Part shown: piece after piece, positions 24,954 through 37,845 of the stretch
How the letters are laid out: every line of letters starts with the position of its first letter
Numbering within the stretch: position 1 is the first letter of the stretch
Source: Nemertoderma westbladi
Taxonomy: Eukaryota > Animalia > Xenacoelomorpha
Assembly (NCBI GenBank): GCA_032718475.1
Contig: JAUCBJ010000700.1
Coordinates: 62,001-126,000 of the forward strand
Direction: 5' to 3'
DNA: 64,000 bases
Notes under the pieces: generated by a model
The model's input: the letters and a program-made list of their open reading frames with translations, nothing else
Told to the model about the DNA's origin: nothing
The model's database searches: none
Translations under genes and position numbers: made by a program

Positions 24954-25570
24954 GGTACATGCTAAAAAGTATAATGAGCTAGAATGATCTAGAATGACCT
25001 AGAATGATCTAGAATGACCTAGAATGAGCTAGAATGACCTAAGAATCACCTAGAATGAGCTATGAGAAGATGATAGAATGCAAGAATGATCTAGAATTAT
25101 CTAGAATGACATAAGAATCACCTAGAACGAACTCTGTTGAGATGATAAAATGCAATACCGACCTATACCAAGCTATAACAAGATAAGAATCACCTAGAAT
25201 GAGCTATTATTTTATTAGTAATACTATTATTTGTAGTAATATGCTCGCTTAGAAGAATGCTCCTTACTACCTCGTTTATGTCCGGCACTAATAGGCTTCC
25301 GGTATATTGTTTCCAAAACCGAAGCGCTGTAAGTAAAGAACTTATCCACTACCTGCTCTTTACTAGAAATCGCCATACTACGACATATTGCTGGCTCTCG
25401 AAAAAACGATTCATATCCCTGACTCAAACGACTCGATTATTATCTTGTTACAGCTCGGTATAGGTCGGTATTGCATTCTATCATATCCTCATAGCTCATT
25501 CTAGGTGATTCTTAGGTCATTCTAGATCATTCTAGGTCATTCTAGCTCATTCCACTTTTTAGCATGTACC
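24954..25570. mobile_element. Foldback Mutator-like MITE with 9-bp TSD and 10-bp tandem repeats inside the TIRs
   Basis: ggtacatgctaaaaag...(ctagaatgac/t)n and its mirror image ending ctttttagcatgtacc. Perfect TSD cggatgagt at 24945-24953 and 25571-25579. Confidence 0.85.
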
Positions 25571-26565
25571 CGGATGAGTACAATTAGGTAGTGTAGAAGG
25601 ATTACTGTCGGTTGTTTGTATGTTTGTATCTGTGAATAGTACACCAGCAGCCCCCAGATCACTCAATCTCAATACTCCATGTTCGCTATTAATTAACCCC
25701 TTTTCCATTGACCTACTGCTAAAAGATTTCATAACGTGGATTTAACAATCTACATGATCTGTTATAGTATAGGAGGGCATTTACAATAAACCAATCTCAA
25801 AGTATTTACATCTAAGTTACGTAACATAAGAAAACCATAGAAAACCGTACCACTCCACTTTATCAGTTTACCTTTGAACTAATTCAATGTTAGTCTACTA
25901 ATTAAATTGTTGTTCTTTGGCTAAAATATATCAAACAATTGTATAAAATTACTTAACTACAATATTACCCCAATATTCTTGAACATGATTTAATTAATAG
26001 AATATCAAATGTTTATTAAATAATACAAATCGTCTTATTGCCTAAACTATTGGTAAGGAATAATACAAGATAAGTGGGGCGAGTAAACACTGCGAGCCAT
26101 ATCGAGGGAATAAGACCCCATGTCAAATTTTATTGTTTCCTTAATAATTACACTGTGGTCTTTTTCCTTAAACTTTATGTTTACTTACTATTAAATTAAT
26201 TTTTTACTGTATCATATAGGCTGTGTATGCCTAGATTAAATAATAATATATAATTTATTAGATTTGTTTTAATTTTCTGAAGTTTGGCTCTCAATACACA
26301 AAACGCTATTATCACAAATTATTATTTATAATTATATCGCTGTTGTCCTTACAGTAGGTGTACTGTCTAGAGGCTCTCTATTAATTTATTGTAATCTATG
26401 TAGGACCTTTAAATACGTTCATGCCAAGATACTATATTATGTACCCTACACTTCCTTGTGGATAATTATTCATAATGATAATAATAATAGTCTTATTATT
26501 ATTTTATATATAATCTTCAATACAGTTGTTGCTGAAATATCTTATTATTCAATGGAATAGAGTTA

Positions 26566-29500
26566 AAGTTGTAGAGTAGAGTACACTGCTACATAAATAA
26601 GTAGTTGTAGAGTAGAGTACACTGCTACATAAATAAGTAGTTGTAGAGTAGAGTACACTGCTACATAAATAAGTAGTTGTAGAGTAGAGTACACTGCTAC
26701 ATAAATAAGTAGTTGTCGAGTAGAGTACACTGCTACATAAATAAGTAGTTGTAGAGTAAAGTACACTGCTACATAAATAAGTAGTTGTAGAGTAGAGTAC
26801 ACTGCTACATAAATAATAAGTTGTAGAGTAGAGTACACTGCTACATAAATAAGTAGTTGTAGAGTAGAGTACACTGCTACATAAATAAGTAGTTGTAGAG
26901 TAGAGTACACTGCTACATAAATAAGAAGTTGTAGAGTAGAGTACACTGCCACATAAATAAGTAGTTGTAGAGTAGAGTACACTGCTACATAAATAAGTAG
27001 TTGTAGAGTAGAGTACACTGCTACATAAATAAGTAGTTGTAGAGTAGAGTACACTGCTACATAAATAAGTAGTTGTAGAGTAAAGTACACTGCTACATAA
27101 ATAAGTAGTTGTAGAGTAGAGTACACTGCTACATAAATAAGAAGTTGTAGAGTAGAGTACACTGCTACATAAATAAGTAGTTGTAGAGTAGAGTACACTG
27201 CTACATAAATAAGTAGTTGTAGAGTAGAGTACATTGCTACATAAATAAGTAGTTGTAGAGTAGAGTACACTGCTACATAAATAAGAAGTTGTAGAGTAGA
27301 GTACACTGCTACATAAATAAGTAGTTGTAGAGTAGAGTACACTGCTACATAAATAAGTAGTTGTAGAGTAGAGTACACTGCTACATAAATAAGTAGTTGT
27401 AGAGTAAAGTACACTGCTACATAAATAAGTAGTTGTAGAGTAGAGTACACTGCTACATAAATAAGAAGTTGTAGAGTAGAGTACACTGCTACATAAATAA
27501 GTAGTTGTAGAGTAAAGTACACTGCTACATAAATAAGTAGTTGTAGAGTAGAGTACACTGCTACATAAATAAGAAGTTGTAGAGTAGAGTACACTGCTAC
27601 ATAAATAAGTAGTTGTAGAGTAGAGTACACTGCTACATAAATAAGTAGTTGTAGAGTAAAGTACACTGCTACATAAATAAGTAGTTGTAGAGTAGAGTAC
27701 ACTGCTACATAAATAAGAAGTTGTAGAGTAGAGTACACTGCTACATAAATAAGTAGTTGTAGAGTAGAGTACACTGCTACATAAATAAGTAGTTGTAGAG
27801 TAGAGTACACTGCTACATAAATAAGTAGTTGTAGAGTAGAGTACACTGCTACATAAATAAGTAGTTGTAGAGTAAAGTACACTGCTACATAAATAAGTAG
27901 TTGTAGAGTAGAGTACACTGCTACATAAATAAGTAGTTGTAGAGTAGAGTACACTGCTACATAAATAAGAAGTTGTAGAGTAGAGTACACTGCTACATAA
28001 ATAAGTAGTTGTAGAGTAGAGTACACTGCTACATAAATAAGTAGTTGTAGAGTAGAGTACACTGCTACATAAATAAGTAGTTGTAGAGTAAAGTACACTG
28101 CTACATAAATAAGTAGTTGTAGAGTAGAGTACACTGCTACATAAATAAGAAGTTGTAGAGTAGAGTACACTGCTACATAAATAAGTAGTTGTAGAGTAGA
28201 GTACACTGCTACATAAATTAGTAGTTGTAGAGTAGAGTACACTGCTACATAAATAAGTAGTTGTAGAGTAGAGTACACTGCTACATAAATAAGTAGTTGT
28301 AGAGTAGAGTACACTGCTACATAAATAAGAAGTTGTAGAGTAGAGTACACTGCTACATAAATAAGTAGTTGTAGAGTAGAGTACACTGCTACATAAATAA
28401 GAAGTTGTAGAGTAGAGTACACTGCTACATAAATAAGAAGTTGTAGAGTAGAGTACACTGCTACATAAATAAGAAGTTGTAGAGTAGAGTACACTGCTAC
28501 ATAAATAAGACGTTGTATAGTAGAGTACACTGCTACATAAATAAGAAGTTGTAGAGTAGAGTACACTGCTACATAAATCAGAAGTTGTCGAGTAGAGTAC
28601 ACTGCTACATAAATAAGTAGTTGTAGAGTAGAGTACACTGCTATTGCTATATAAATAAGTAGTTGTAGAGTAGAGTACACTGCTACATAAATAAGTAGTT
28701 GTAGAGTAGAGTACACTGCTACATAAATAAGTAGTTGTAGAGTAGAGTACACTGCTACATAAATAAGTAGTTGTAGAGTAGAGTACACTGCTACATAAAT
28801 AAGTAGTTGTAGAGTAGAGTACACTGCTACATAAATAAGTAGTTGTAGAGTAGAGTACACTGCTACATAAATAAGAAGTTGTAGAGTAGAGTACACTGCT
28901 ACATAAATAAGTAGTTGTAGAGTAGAGTACACTGCTACATAAATAAGTACTGCAGTTGTAGAGTAGAGTACACTGCTACATAAATAATTAGTTGTAGAGT
29001 ACAGTACACTGCTACATAAATAAGTAGTTGTAGAGTAGAGTACACTGCTACATAAATAAGAAGTTGTAGAGTAGAGTATACTGCTACATAAATAAGACGT
29101 TGTATAGTAGAGTACACTGCTACATAAATAAGAAGTTGTAGAGTAGAGTACACTGCTACATAAATAAGAAGTTGTAGAGTAGAGTACACTGCTACATAAA
29201 TAAGACGTTGTATAGTAGAGTACACTGCTACATAAATAAGAAGTTGTAGAGTAGAGTACACTGCTACATAAATCAGAAGTTGTCGAGTAGAGTACACTGC
29301 TACATAAATAAGTAGTTGTAGAGTAGAGTACACTGCTACATAAATAAGTAGTTGTAGAGTAGAGTACACTGCTACATAAATAAGTAGTTGTAGAGTAGAG
29401 TACACTGCTACATAAATAAGTAGTTGTCGAGTAGAGTACACTGCTACATAAATAAGTAGTTGTAGAGTAGAGTACACTGCTACATAAATAAGAAGTTGTA

Positions 29501-31242
29501 GAGTAGAGTACACTGCTACATAAATAAGTAGTTGTAGAGTAGAGTACACTGCTACATAAATAAGAAGTTGTAGAGTAGAGTACACTGCTACATTAATAAG
29601 AAGTTGTAGAGTAGAGTACACTGCTACATAAATAAGAAGTTGTAGAGTAGAGTACACTGCTACATAAATAAGAAGTTGTAGAGTAGAGTACACTGCTACA
29701 TAAATAAGAAGTTGTAGAGTAGAGTACACTGCTACATAAATAAGTAGTTGTAGAGTAGAGTACACTGCTACATAAATAAGTAGTTGTAGAGTAGAGTACA
29801 GAGTAGAGTACACTGCTACATAAATAAGAAGTTGTAGAGTAGAGTACACTGCTACATAAATAAGAAGTTGTAGAGTAGAGTACACTGCTACATAAATAAG
29901 AAGTTGTAGAGTAGAGTGCACTGCTACATAAATAAGTAGTTGTAGAGTAGAGTACACTGCTACATAAATAAGAAGTTGTAGAGTAGAGTACACTGCTACA
30001 TAAATAAGTAGTTGTAGAGTAGAGTACACTGCTACATAAATAATAAGTTGTAGAGTAGAGTACACTGCTACATAAATAAGTAGTTGTAGAGTAGAGTACA
30101 CTGCTACATAAATAAGTAGTTGTAGAGTAGAGTACACTGCTACATAAATAAGTAGTTGTAGAGTAGAGTACACTGCTACATAAATAAGTAGTTGTAGAGT
30201 AGAGTACACTGCTACATAAATAAGTAGTTGTAGAGTAGAGTACACTGCTACATAAATAAGTAGTTGTAGAGTAGAGTACACTGCCACATAAATAAGAAGT
30301 TGTAGAGTAGAGTACACTGCTACATAAATAAGTAGTTGTAGAGTAGAGTACACTGCTACATAAATAAGTAGTTGTAGAGTAGAGTACACTGCTACATAAA
30401 TAAGTAGTTCTAGAGTAGAGTACACTGCTACATAAATAATAAGTTGTAGAGTAGAGTACACTGCTACATAAATAAGTAGTTGTAGAGTAGAGTACACTGC
30501 TACATAAATAAGTAGTTGTAGAGTAGAGTACACTGCTACATAAATAAGTAGTTGTAGAGTAGAGTACACTGCTACATAAATAAGTAGTTGTAGAGTAGAG
30601 TACACTGCTACATAAATAAGTAGTTGTAGAGTAGAGAACACTGCTACATAAATAAGTAGTTGTAGAGTAGAGTACACTGCTACATAAATAAGAAGTTGTA
30701 GAGTAGAGTACACTGCTACATAAATAAGTAGTTGTCGAGTAGAGTACACTGCTACATAAATAATAAGTTGTAGAGTAGAGTACACTGCTACATAAATAAG
30801 AAGTTGTAGAGTAGAGTACACTGCTACATAAATAAGTAGTTGTCGAGTAGAGTACACTGCTACATAAATAATAAGTTGTAGAGTAGAGTACACTGCTACA
30901 TAAATAAGTAGTTGTAAAGTAGAGTACACTGCTACATAAATAAGTAGTTGTAGAGTAGAGTACACTGCTACATAAATAATAAGTTGTAGAGTAGAGTACA
31001 CTGCTACATAAATAAGTAGTTGTAGAGTAGAGTACACTGCTACATAAATAAGTAGTTGTAGAGTAGAGTACACTGCTACATAAATAAGTAGTTGTAGAGT
31101 AGAGTACACTGCTACATAAATAAGTAGTTGTAGAGTAGAGTACACTGCTACATAAATAAGTAGTTGTAGAGTAGAGTACACTGCTACATAAATAAGAAGT
31201 TGTAGAGTAGAGTACACTGCTATTGCTATATAAATAAGTAGT
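26566..31242. repeat. 36-bp satellite array, about 130 copies
   Basis: Unit agttgtagagtagagtacactgctacataaataagt, highly homogeneous. Ends about 310 bp upstream of the SLC18B1 copy B ATG. Confidence 0.97.
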
Positions 31243-31549
31243 AGAATAAGTACAATAATATTTTTTCTAAATTCAATGTCCTTTACTTTTTGAAGTTGAG
31301 GTTTTGCAATTAACCTTCAGCAAATACAAATACTTCAACATTACAAGAAAGGGTGTAACCACCACTACTTCAGAGTACTAAGCTCCATATAGACCATATA
31401 GATTTTATGATATAAAATACAATAAAATTATGCAATCTATAATAGTTTCTGTTTTACATACTAATTTACAGTTTTAGAAAAACTATAAATTTTAAATCTT
31501 TGATGGATAACTGAAACTTTGTAGACTCCCAAAGTACAAATGAAAGAAG

Positions 31550-31856
31550 ATGACATTACTGGATAACGGTTCTGGTACTAGTGGGAACACGTCTCCGTCG
31601 TTACCCCGCCGTTACCATGACATCCTTGAGACTGACGAGCGACCCCCACTGCTTCCAACCCGCAGTCGCGGACCATTCCCCCGCACCGGGTACTTACGGT
31701 TACTACGCAACCGCTACGTCTGCGGAGTCTCCCTGGTGTTCCATGCGTTTACAGTCGGTGGTCTACTCGCTCTGCCAGGGGCATTCTTTCCAATTATGTC
31801 GATAAATAAAGGATTTACAGAGTCGCTAATCGGGTTGTTATTTGGTATATATGCTG
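31550..31856 (+). CDS. SLC18B1: SLC18B1-like MFS transporter, copy B, exon 1
   Basis: Near-identical to copy A exon 1 with 12 extra nt (DERP). GCTG|gtaagt donor. Confidence 0.85.
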
Positions 31857-32169
31857 GTAAGTTATTTTTTCATATGCTGGTCAGTTATTTGTTTATATAT
31901 GACGCGGAATTTGGAAATATATCCTGCCTCGTAAGTGATTTGGTATATATGCTGGTAAGTTATTTTATATGCTGGTAAATGTTCTGTACGATGACGCTAT
32001 TATTTATTTGGTATTTAAAATAATAAATTTTTACGTACAAAACATAGACCTACACTTTGCGTATTTTTATATAAGTAGAGTAATTCTATCTGGTCGAATA
32101 GTGACTCACAGCATCTCAATGTGAAGTGTCAATGCAGGAATGCAGAAGGCCGATTATACAGTAGTAGTA

Positions 32170-32480
32170 GTCTGGGATAGAGAATGTGAGTAAACACAAC
32201 CTTACTTCTCTGCAGTATGGGCCTAACCATTCAATAGCATTCATTACTAGACCCTCACTATCATTTTTTCATCAGCACCAGCTGGTGTTTCTATCATTGA
32301 GTCTATGGCAATTTTCGTGTGATGGGGCTACTTTTCGAAATAAATAAAAATTTAATAATTTTTTGTATTCGATTAATATAACTTTCTTTGACTGACGAGC
32401 TAATATAGCTTCGGAGGAGTTCACCTGATATACATACATAAGAATACTTACAGTAATAAGCCCTAACTGTCTTCTACAGT
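32170..32480. mobile_element. Fragment of the same repeat family as 3115-3778
   Basis: Shares cagctggtgtttctat...ggcaattttcgtg...tagcttcggaggagtt...catacata...gtcttcta with 3400-3778. Confidence 0.55.
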
Positions 32481-32573
32481 AACTAATATTATTATCACAA
32501 AGTCGGACTCATAATTAATTGCACTTTCAAATGTTTTATATTTGTTGATTTAATTAATTACTTTATTTTTAAG

Positions 32574-33477
32574 GTGTTCGATGTATAATGTATCCAATTG
32601 TGGGAAAATACCTCGCAGTAGTCGGAGTCAAAAGTTGTCTGACTCTCGGCGCTAGTTTTGGTTCTGTGTGCACCATGCTGTTTGGTATACTGGTCTACTC
32701 ACCCGATGGAGTGCAATTCGTCACATTGTGTTTCGTCGTAAAGATGTTCGAGGCTCTAGGAATGAGTGTTGCATTCCTAGCAACGTTCGCTGCAACTGCT
32801 TCCCTGTTCCCAACGCATCGACTGTTAATGCTAGGATTTGTACAGAATGCAATCACAGTTGGGGTGATGGTCTTCCCAGCCATAGGTGGCTTTCTATATG
32901 ACTGGGGTGGGTTCATGGTACCATTTGTTGTCGTTGGAGGCGCGATGCTACTGAACTCGTTTTTGTTGATGGTTGCTATGCCTTCTGTGGAAGCCACTGT
33001 TACCAAAAGCGCGTTTTCTCTGTTTGATTTGCTACGAGATGGAATGAGTTTGATAGCTTCTGTCACTCAAATATATTTCCTGATGGCGATTGGGTTTTAT
33101 GATGTTACTTTCAGTTTGCATTTAAAGGATAAGTTCGGATATACACCATCCACAATCGGGCTGATATTTTTGATTTCGCCATTTATTAACTTTATAGTCG
33201 GGATGTCTATGGCAGGTTTGTTACAAAGGTTTCCGAAAGTCAATCCCCTAACGATAGTGGCTAGTGGCGCACTCATTTTGACTGTAGGCCTACAGCTTAT
33301 GGGACCAAACCCAATGCTAAACTTGCCTTCTGATATAGCTGTTGTCCTGTCTGGAGTTGGGCTGTTTGGCACTGCTGGTGGATTGACCTTCGTTCCAAGT
33401 ATACAGGTTCAGATTAAAGTTTGTCTCCAACGACTCGGGTGGCCTGATTGTGTTGAGGCTCATGCAGTGATATCCAG
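32574..33477 (+). CDS. SLC18B1: SLC18B1-like MFS transporter, copy B, exon 2
   Basis: tttttaag|GT acceptor and AG|gtaagt donor. 904 nt, the same length as in copy A. Confidence 0.88.
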
Positions 33478-33899
33478 GTAAGTCAGTTGTAAAACAACGA
33501 TTTGGTTGTAATAATGTGATCTGATCTCCAGTAATACTTCATAGAATAATAATTTAGTTTGTTTAATAATGAATTATGTAAATATATGGAATATGGGATA
33601 CACAATGCACATAATGATCCATCAGTCTGTACTTATACACCACTATTTAGTTCTATATCGTAACCTAACACAACATGTAGATAAAGCCACATACTACATT
33701 TCTCAGTCAGTATCTATACAACATTTCCTTCCCCTGTTGAAACAAAACAAAATACATCTGATCTGTAGTAAGTCAAAAATATACCTCAGTAATAATATTA
33801 TGCCAATAAGAAATAAACTGCGTCTTTTACATGACTCAATTTCTGAAAAGTTAGTCTGAAAAGTTATTGAGATTCTACTACTGTAGTGATGTCGCTCGC

Positions 33900-34440
33900 T
33901 GCGCTATCATATCTAATTTGGGAATCCACTGAATTTTGCTTGTGTCATATTGCACTAGAATAGCTACAATACCAGTGTGATAAAAGTCAACACGTAATTC
34001 AGTTTTCTTATAGCAACATAATATGAAAACTTTGCCAGTTTTCACTCATTGAGATCTTTTAAAATGTTTCTTTGTTCGCCCTGGCTCTTTTTAAACGATA
34101 GTTATCAGTAGTAAATGCATGCCGTAGAGCGGATGGTAGCGCCAAAAATAAGTATATCATCCAAAATGTTTTGTGCAGCCATTATTGCAGTGATTTTTCG
34201 CCGAATTCATCTTGGGAAGATTTCATTTCAAATGGGAGACATTTATACTGTTTGATAAATTTACTGTAAATAGATATCATCAAAAATTTTATCATTTTAT
34301 ATCGTAGAATAGCTGCATTTACTGCTCAGCAGACGATGCATAACCGTATAGCTGCATGGTCTGGCTGGGTCTTTAAGTTTTGGTGCAAAGAATAGGTTTG
34401 AAACCATGTTGTTGGTTTATAAGTGGGGTGTGTGTAAAGT
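33900..34440 (-). mobile_element. Decayed Ty3/Gypsy-like reverse transcriptase fragment
   Basis: Minus strand across frameshifts gives KPTTW...AIRLC, QYKCLPFEMKSSQDEF, NILDDILIFGAT, which fit the Gypsy RT motifs (PxxW..IRLC, LPFGxxSxxxxFQ, xxDDILI). Confidence 0.55.
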
Positions 34441-34524
34441 GGCTCATGGAAACCAAAGTAATTAAACCAAGACCGTAGTAATAAACTGGCAAGAAAATGA
34501 AGATATGATGCTGCTTTTGATGAA

Positions 34525-35602
34525 TTAATTGCATATATATTGCTGCATGAAATTTTCAATAGCATTCTTAGATAGATTCCCCATCCCGAAAAGTATATCT
34601 TTACGAGCTGAATCTACAAGCTCAGCTGAAGCAATTTCGGGGTCACAAAGTAGTCTCCAACAACCTTGGATGTTCAGAACCATCAAACGACCGTTACTTA
34701 TGACATAAGAGTAGTGATAAATGCCTGAACTTGTTTGAATAGTTGAGCATCCTCACAACCCTCGCAAAGAGCTTCATCATTGTTTATATACTTGTAAAAA
34801 TGACCTGCTATAAACTCTTCTAGTGCGACATACTCACCGTCTCCCCATAAATTTGACCATGTAATGCGTTTACATATATGAGTGGTGGGGGATGTCTATT
34901 TGTTTCTTATCTAAAGATTTATTAAATTGTACGGCTAAGTAGGCCTAGCCTGCCACTCTATGACCCTGGACCTGTTTGCGTGTGTGCTGTTCTATGGATA
35001 ATCCAACAACACCAATCACTATAGCGGTGGTTTCTCTATAGCGTTTTACCACCCATTTCTTTTTATTTTCATCCATAGCGAGATAGGCTAACCGTGATCC
35101 GCCCTCGCAAACGGTTCATAATCTATACTAAGCTCGATAGGTTTTGCTACTTCCCAAGTCTCCGTTCCCACATTGTCCTGATCAATCGTGACAGTTGCAT
35201 GTTGATTGGCTTGACACAAATACCAGCCCAGCATTAAGCAACTGCGCCACAGAGACTGACTTCGATGGGTAACACCCGCCTAAATTTCGCGATTTACTTG
35301 TTGATGCGATAGTTGTTGTAACAACAGGAAGCTGGTAGGGTGAAGGATCTATCAAATTCAATCAAAGCGCCATTAGATTCCCCAAAATAACTTTCACAGG
35401 CATGAATAATGTTATCCACTGTCAATTCCATGTCATGGCACAAAGTGCCTAGTGCCGATAACTTCAAATTTATTTAGAGGGCCGGCTCATTAGACATTCT
35501 CTGTACGAGTAACCATGGTGGATGGTTCTTCCCTTTCTTCATGCACTTCTCTGACAACTTATCTTCGAACGATTGGATGTCTGAAAACTTGCGAAGAGAC
35601 AT
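34525..35602 (-). pseudogene. Alpha-kinase (eEF2K/MHCK/TRPM6-7-type atypical kinase) pseudogene inside intron 2 of SLC18B1 copy B
   Basis: Reading across frameshifts: EPFA/EGGSRLAYLAMDENKKKWVVKRY...EQHTRKQVQGHRVA..LAVQF; YVALEEFIAGHFYKYINND; VQAF/HYSYVISNGRLMVLNIQG..LLCDPEIAS; FGMGNLSKNAIENFMQQYICN*. Absent from the ORF track. Confidence 0.85.
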
Positions 35603-37544
35603 CACACGTACAGTGTAGGCCTGATAGCAGAATAGTGATGTTTCTAACAGCTACAGTAGTACTCGAAAACAAATTAAAATCAACAAAAAATGGATAACGA
35701 ATGCCAGATGCAGAGCAGAACAGAACAATATTTTCACCAACTGACTAACAAACACACTACCTGACTGTCGGTACTGGTAGATAGAAATGAAAGAATACAT
35801 AATTAGATTCTGCACAATCACTACCGGCACTCCTACACAAACACACATAACATAGTTAACCATTAATAAACTGACCAATAGGCCTACCGGCACAGGTAGA
35901 CAGAACTGAAAGTAGGCCTATAGTGCAGTCAGCTTCTGTGGTTTTAAAATTCCCACCCCGATGGCCTCCATGGGCCAAGACTAATGCTTTTCTATGTAGT
36001 TGAATTGGCCTCCATGGGCCGGCCACCTTATGTTTTTGTAATATGTAACACTGGCCAGTGAGTGCCAATACAATTTATTACTACAGTTTTAATTGTTACT
36101 TGTTTATTATTTGAACCGTGGAAGCTAAGCATATTTTTTATAGGTGGCCTCCATGGTTCTTGAATGACTTAATGATAAGTGTGCACCACGGGTGCCACAT
36201 ATATTTTTTTCATTTGCCTTCATGAGCCACCATAGTGGGGTGCATCTTCAATAATATAATCTCTTTCTAGACGAATTATATTCTCTTCCCAGGCATTTCT
36301 GATAACAGAATAGTCTTTTGTGTGGTACGTGTACGATATGTTTGATAGGAGCTGAGTAAGTAAAGGGAGGTTTTGTAGATTTATTTAGGAATGGTTTCGC
36401 ATTGAGTCGGTCAAAAAAGTTGGAATCCATAAGTGTAATGACACAGCAACAATTTACCTCTACCCTCTACCCAACTATTTCATTTCACCTGGATCTTCAA
36501 AGAACTGTGTGAATATCACTATCAGTTGTATGGTAGGCCTACAACTGTCATTTGTGGGAAACAATCGAAATGTTCAAGTAGGTATCGTGTTCATCCTCAT
36601 AAAAAGTTGAATTATATTATTTAACATACTCAGAATCATCATATAACCTGAGTATAGGCCTATTGTTGTAATTTGCATATATCCCTCAGTTTTATACCAG
36701 TGATTCTGGCTAACCAATTTATTTCCTGTATGGAATCCCAGCTTATCGGAGATCTTGGATAAAACCGAGGCCACCCTTGCGGAATACCATTACCACGTGC
36801 ATAACAACCATGAGGAAGAAATTGTTGAGAATCTAATATTTGGAAACGACAACACCATAGTTGCTTATATGACCGCATCATTCGTGTAGATTTACTATTG
36901 AATTCAAAGTCGATGTGTCCGCTAGTTGGTTATTTCATGAACCGCATTTGGATGTTACATAAGTCGAATTTATGGTAGTGTACTGTATAGGCCTACTGTA
37001 GTACCGCTAACCATGAAGTTTATCAACAACCTAGACGTATGCATTCCGAACTGGGTCACATGTGGGTAAATTCGGTAAATTTGTTGCGATATCTTCAAGT
37101 TCTTTCCCCGATTTGTAGAAAGCTGCACCTACAATATTTCCATATCAACATCCGTAAGTCGCTCGAGAAGCCTAGAATATCTTTATTGTTCGAATTCTTT
37201 ACCAGAATTAAGCTGTTCCTTCCAAACAAAGCGTCTCCCAAACCGTTGTATTTCCTGATGCATTTCGCTGAGCCATCTTCGTCGCCAATAACGTACAGTA
37301 ATAATGTGATTTCCAGTAATAATAGTATAGAATCATTTATATAGTTTGTATAAATGAATATACAGTAGATAGGCAAATGCACACATCAAACAGTCTGTAC
37401 TTACAAGCAAAAAATGGGATGAATTATATAGTGAGCGGGGCGAACCATGTGCTGAGCCATAATTAATTCCTTTTTGTTTATAGGCCTATCATAGAATGAA
37501 ATGTCTTGCAACCAACTAGAACCTTTGTTTTTCTATACTTGCAG

Positions 37545-37845
37545 CTTGTATGCGACTACTAACTCTTTGGGTGTCGCTATTGGTCCAATAATTGGTGGGT
37601 CTATGACTCATGCCCTTGGCTTTCCGGTTGCCATCGCCTTATTCAGCGTTATAAGTTTGTTAATCATTCCGCCAGTAATCGCACTCCATTGCTACTATTG
37701 GTGCAACGGACGGGACATGTACCAACGTGCGGATAGATTCACACGAGTTGAGGAAGAAAATCAACCTTTACTGGTCGGAACCGGTAGTGGTTCTAATGGT
37801 ATAGTAAGACGACTTCCTAACAACAGAGAAGACAGCCTTATATGA
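37545..37845 (+). CDS. SLC18B1: SLC18B1-like MFS transporter, copy B, exon 3
   Basis: acttgcag|C acceptor. Spliced CDS is 307+904+301=1512 nt, 503 aa. Confidence 0.85.

Noticed and set aside
26563-31217. Two long minus-strand ORFs (789 and 760 aa, YSTLQLLIYVAV repeats)
   Set aside because: Artefact of a 36-bp satellite with one stop-free frame. No ATG start and no unique flanking coding sequence.
36248-37382. Possible OTU/vertnin-like, Ulp1-like or transposase (IGDED) motifs on the minus strand
   Set aside because: The resemblances fall in different frames and contradict each other. The region looks like decayed coding DNA but cannot be assigned without a search.
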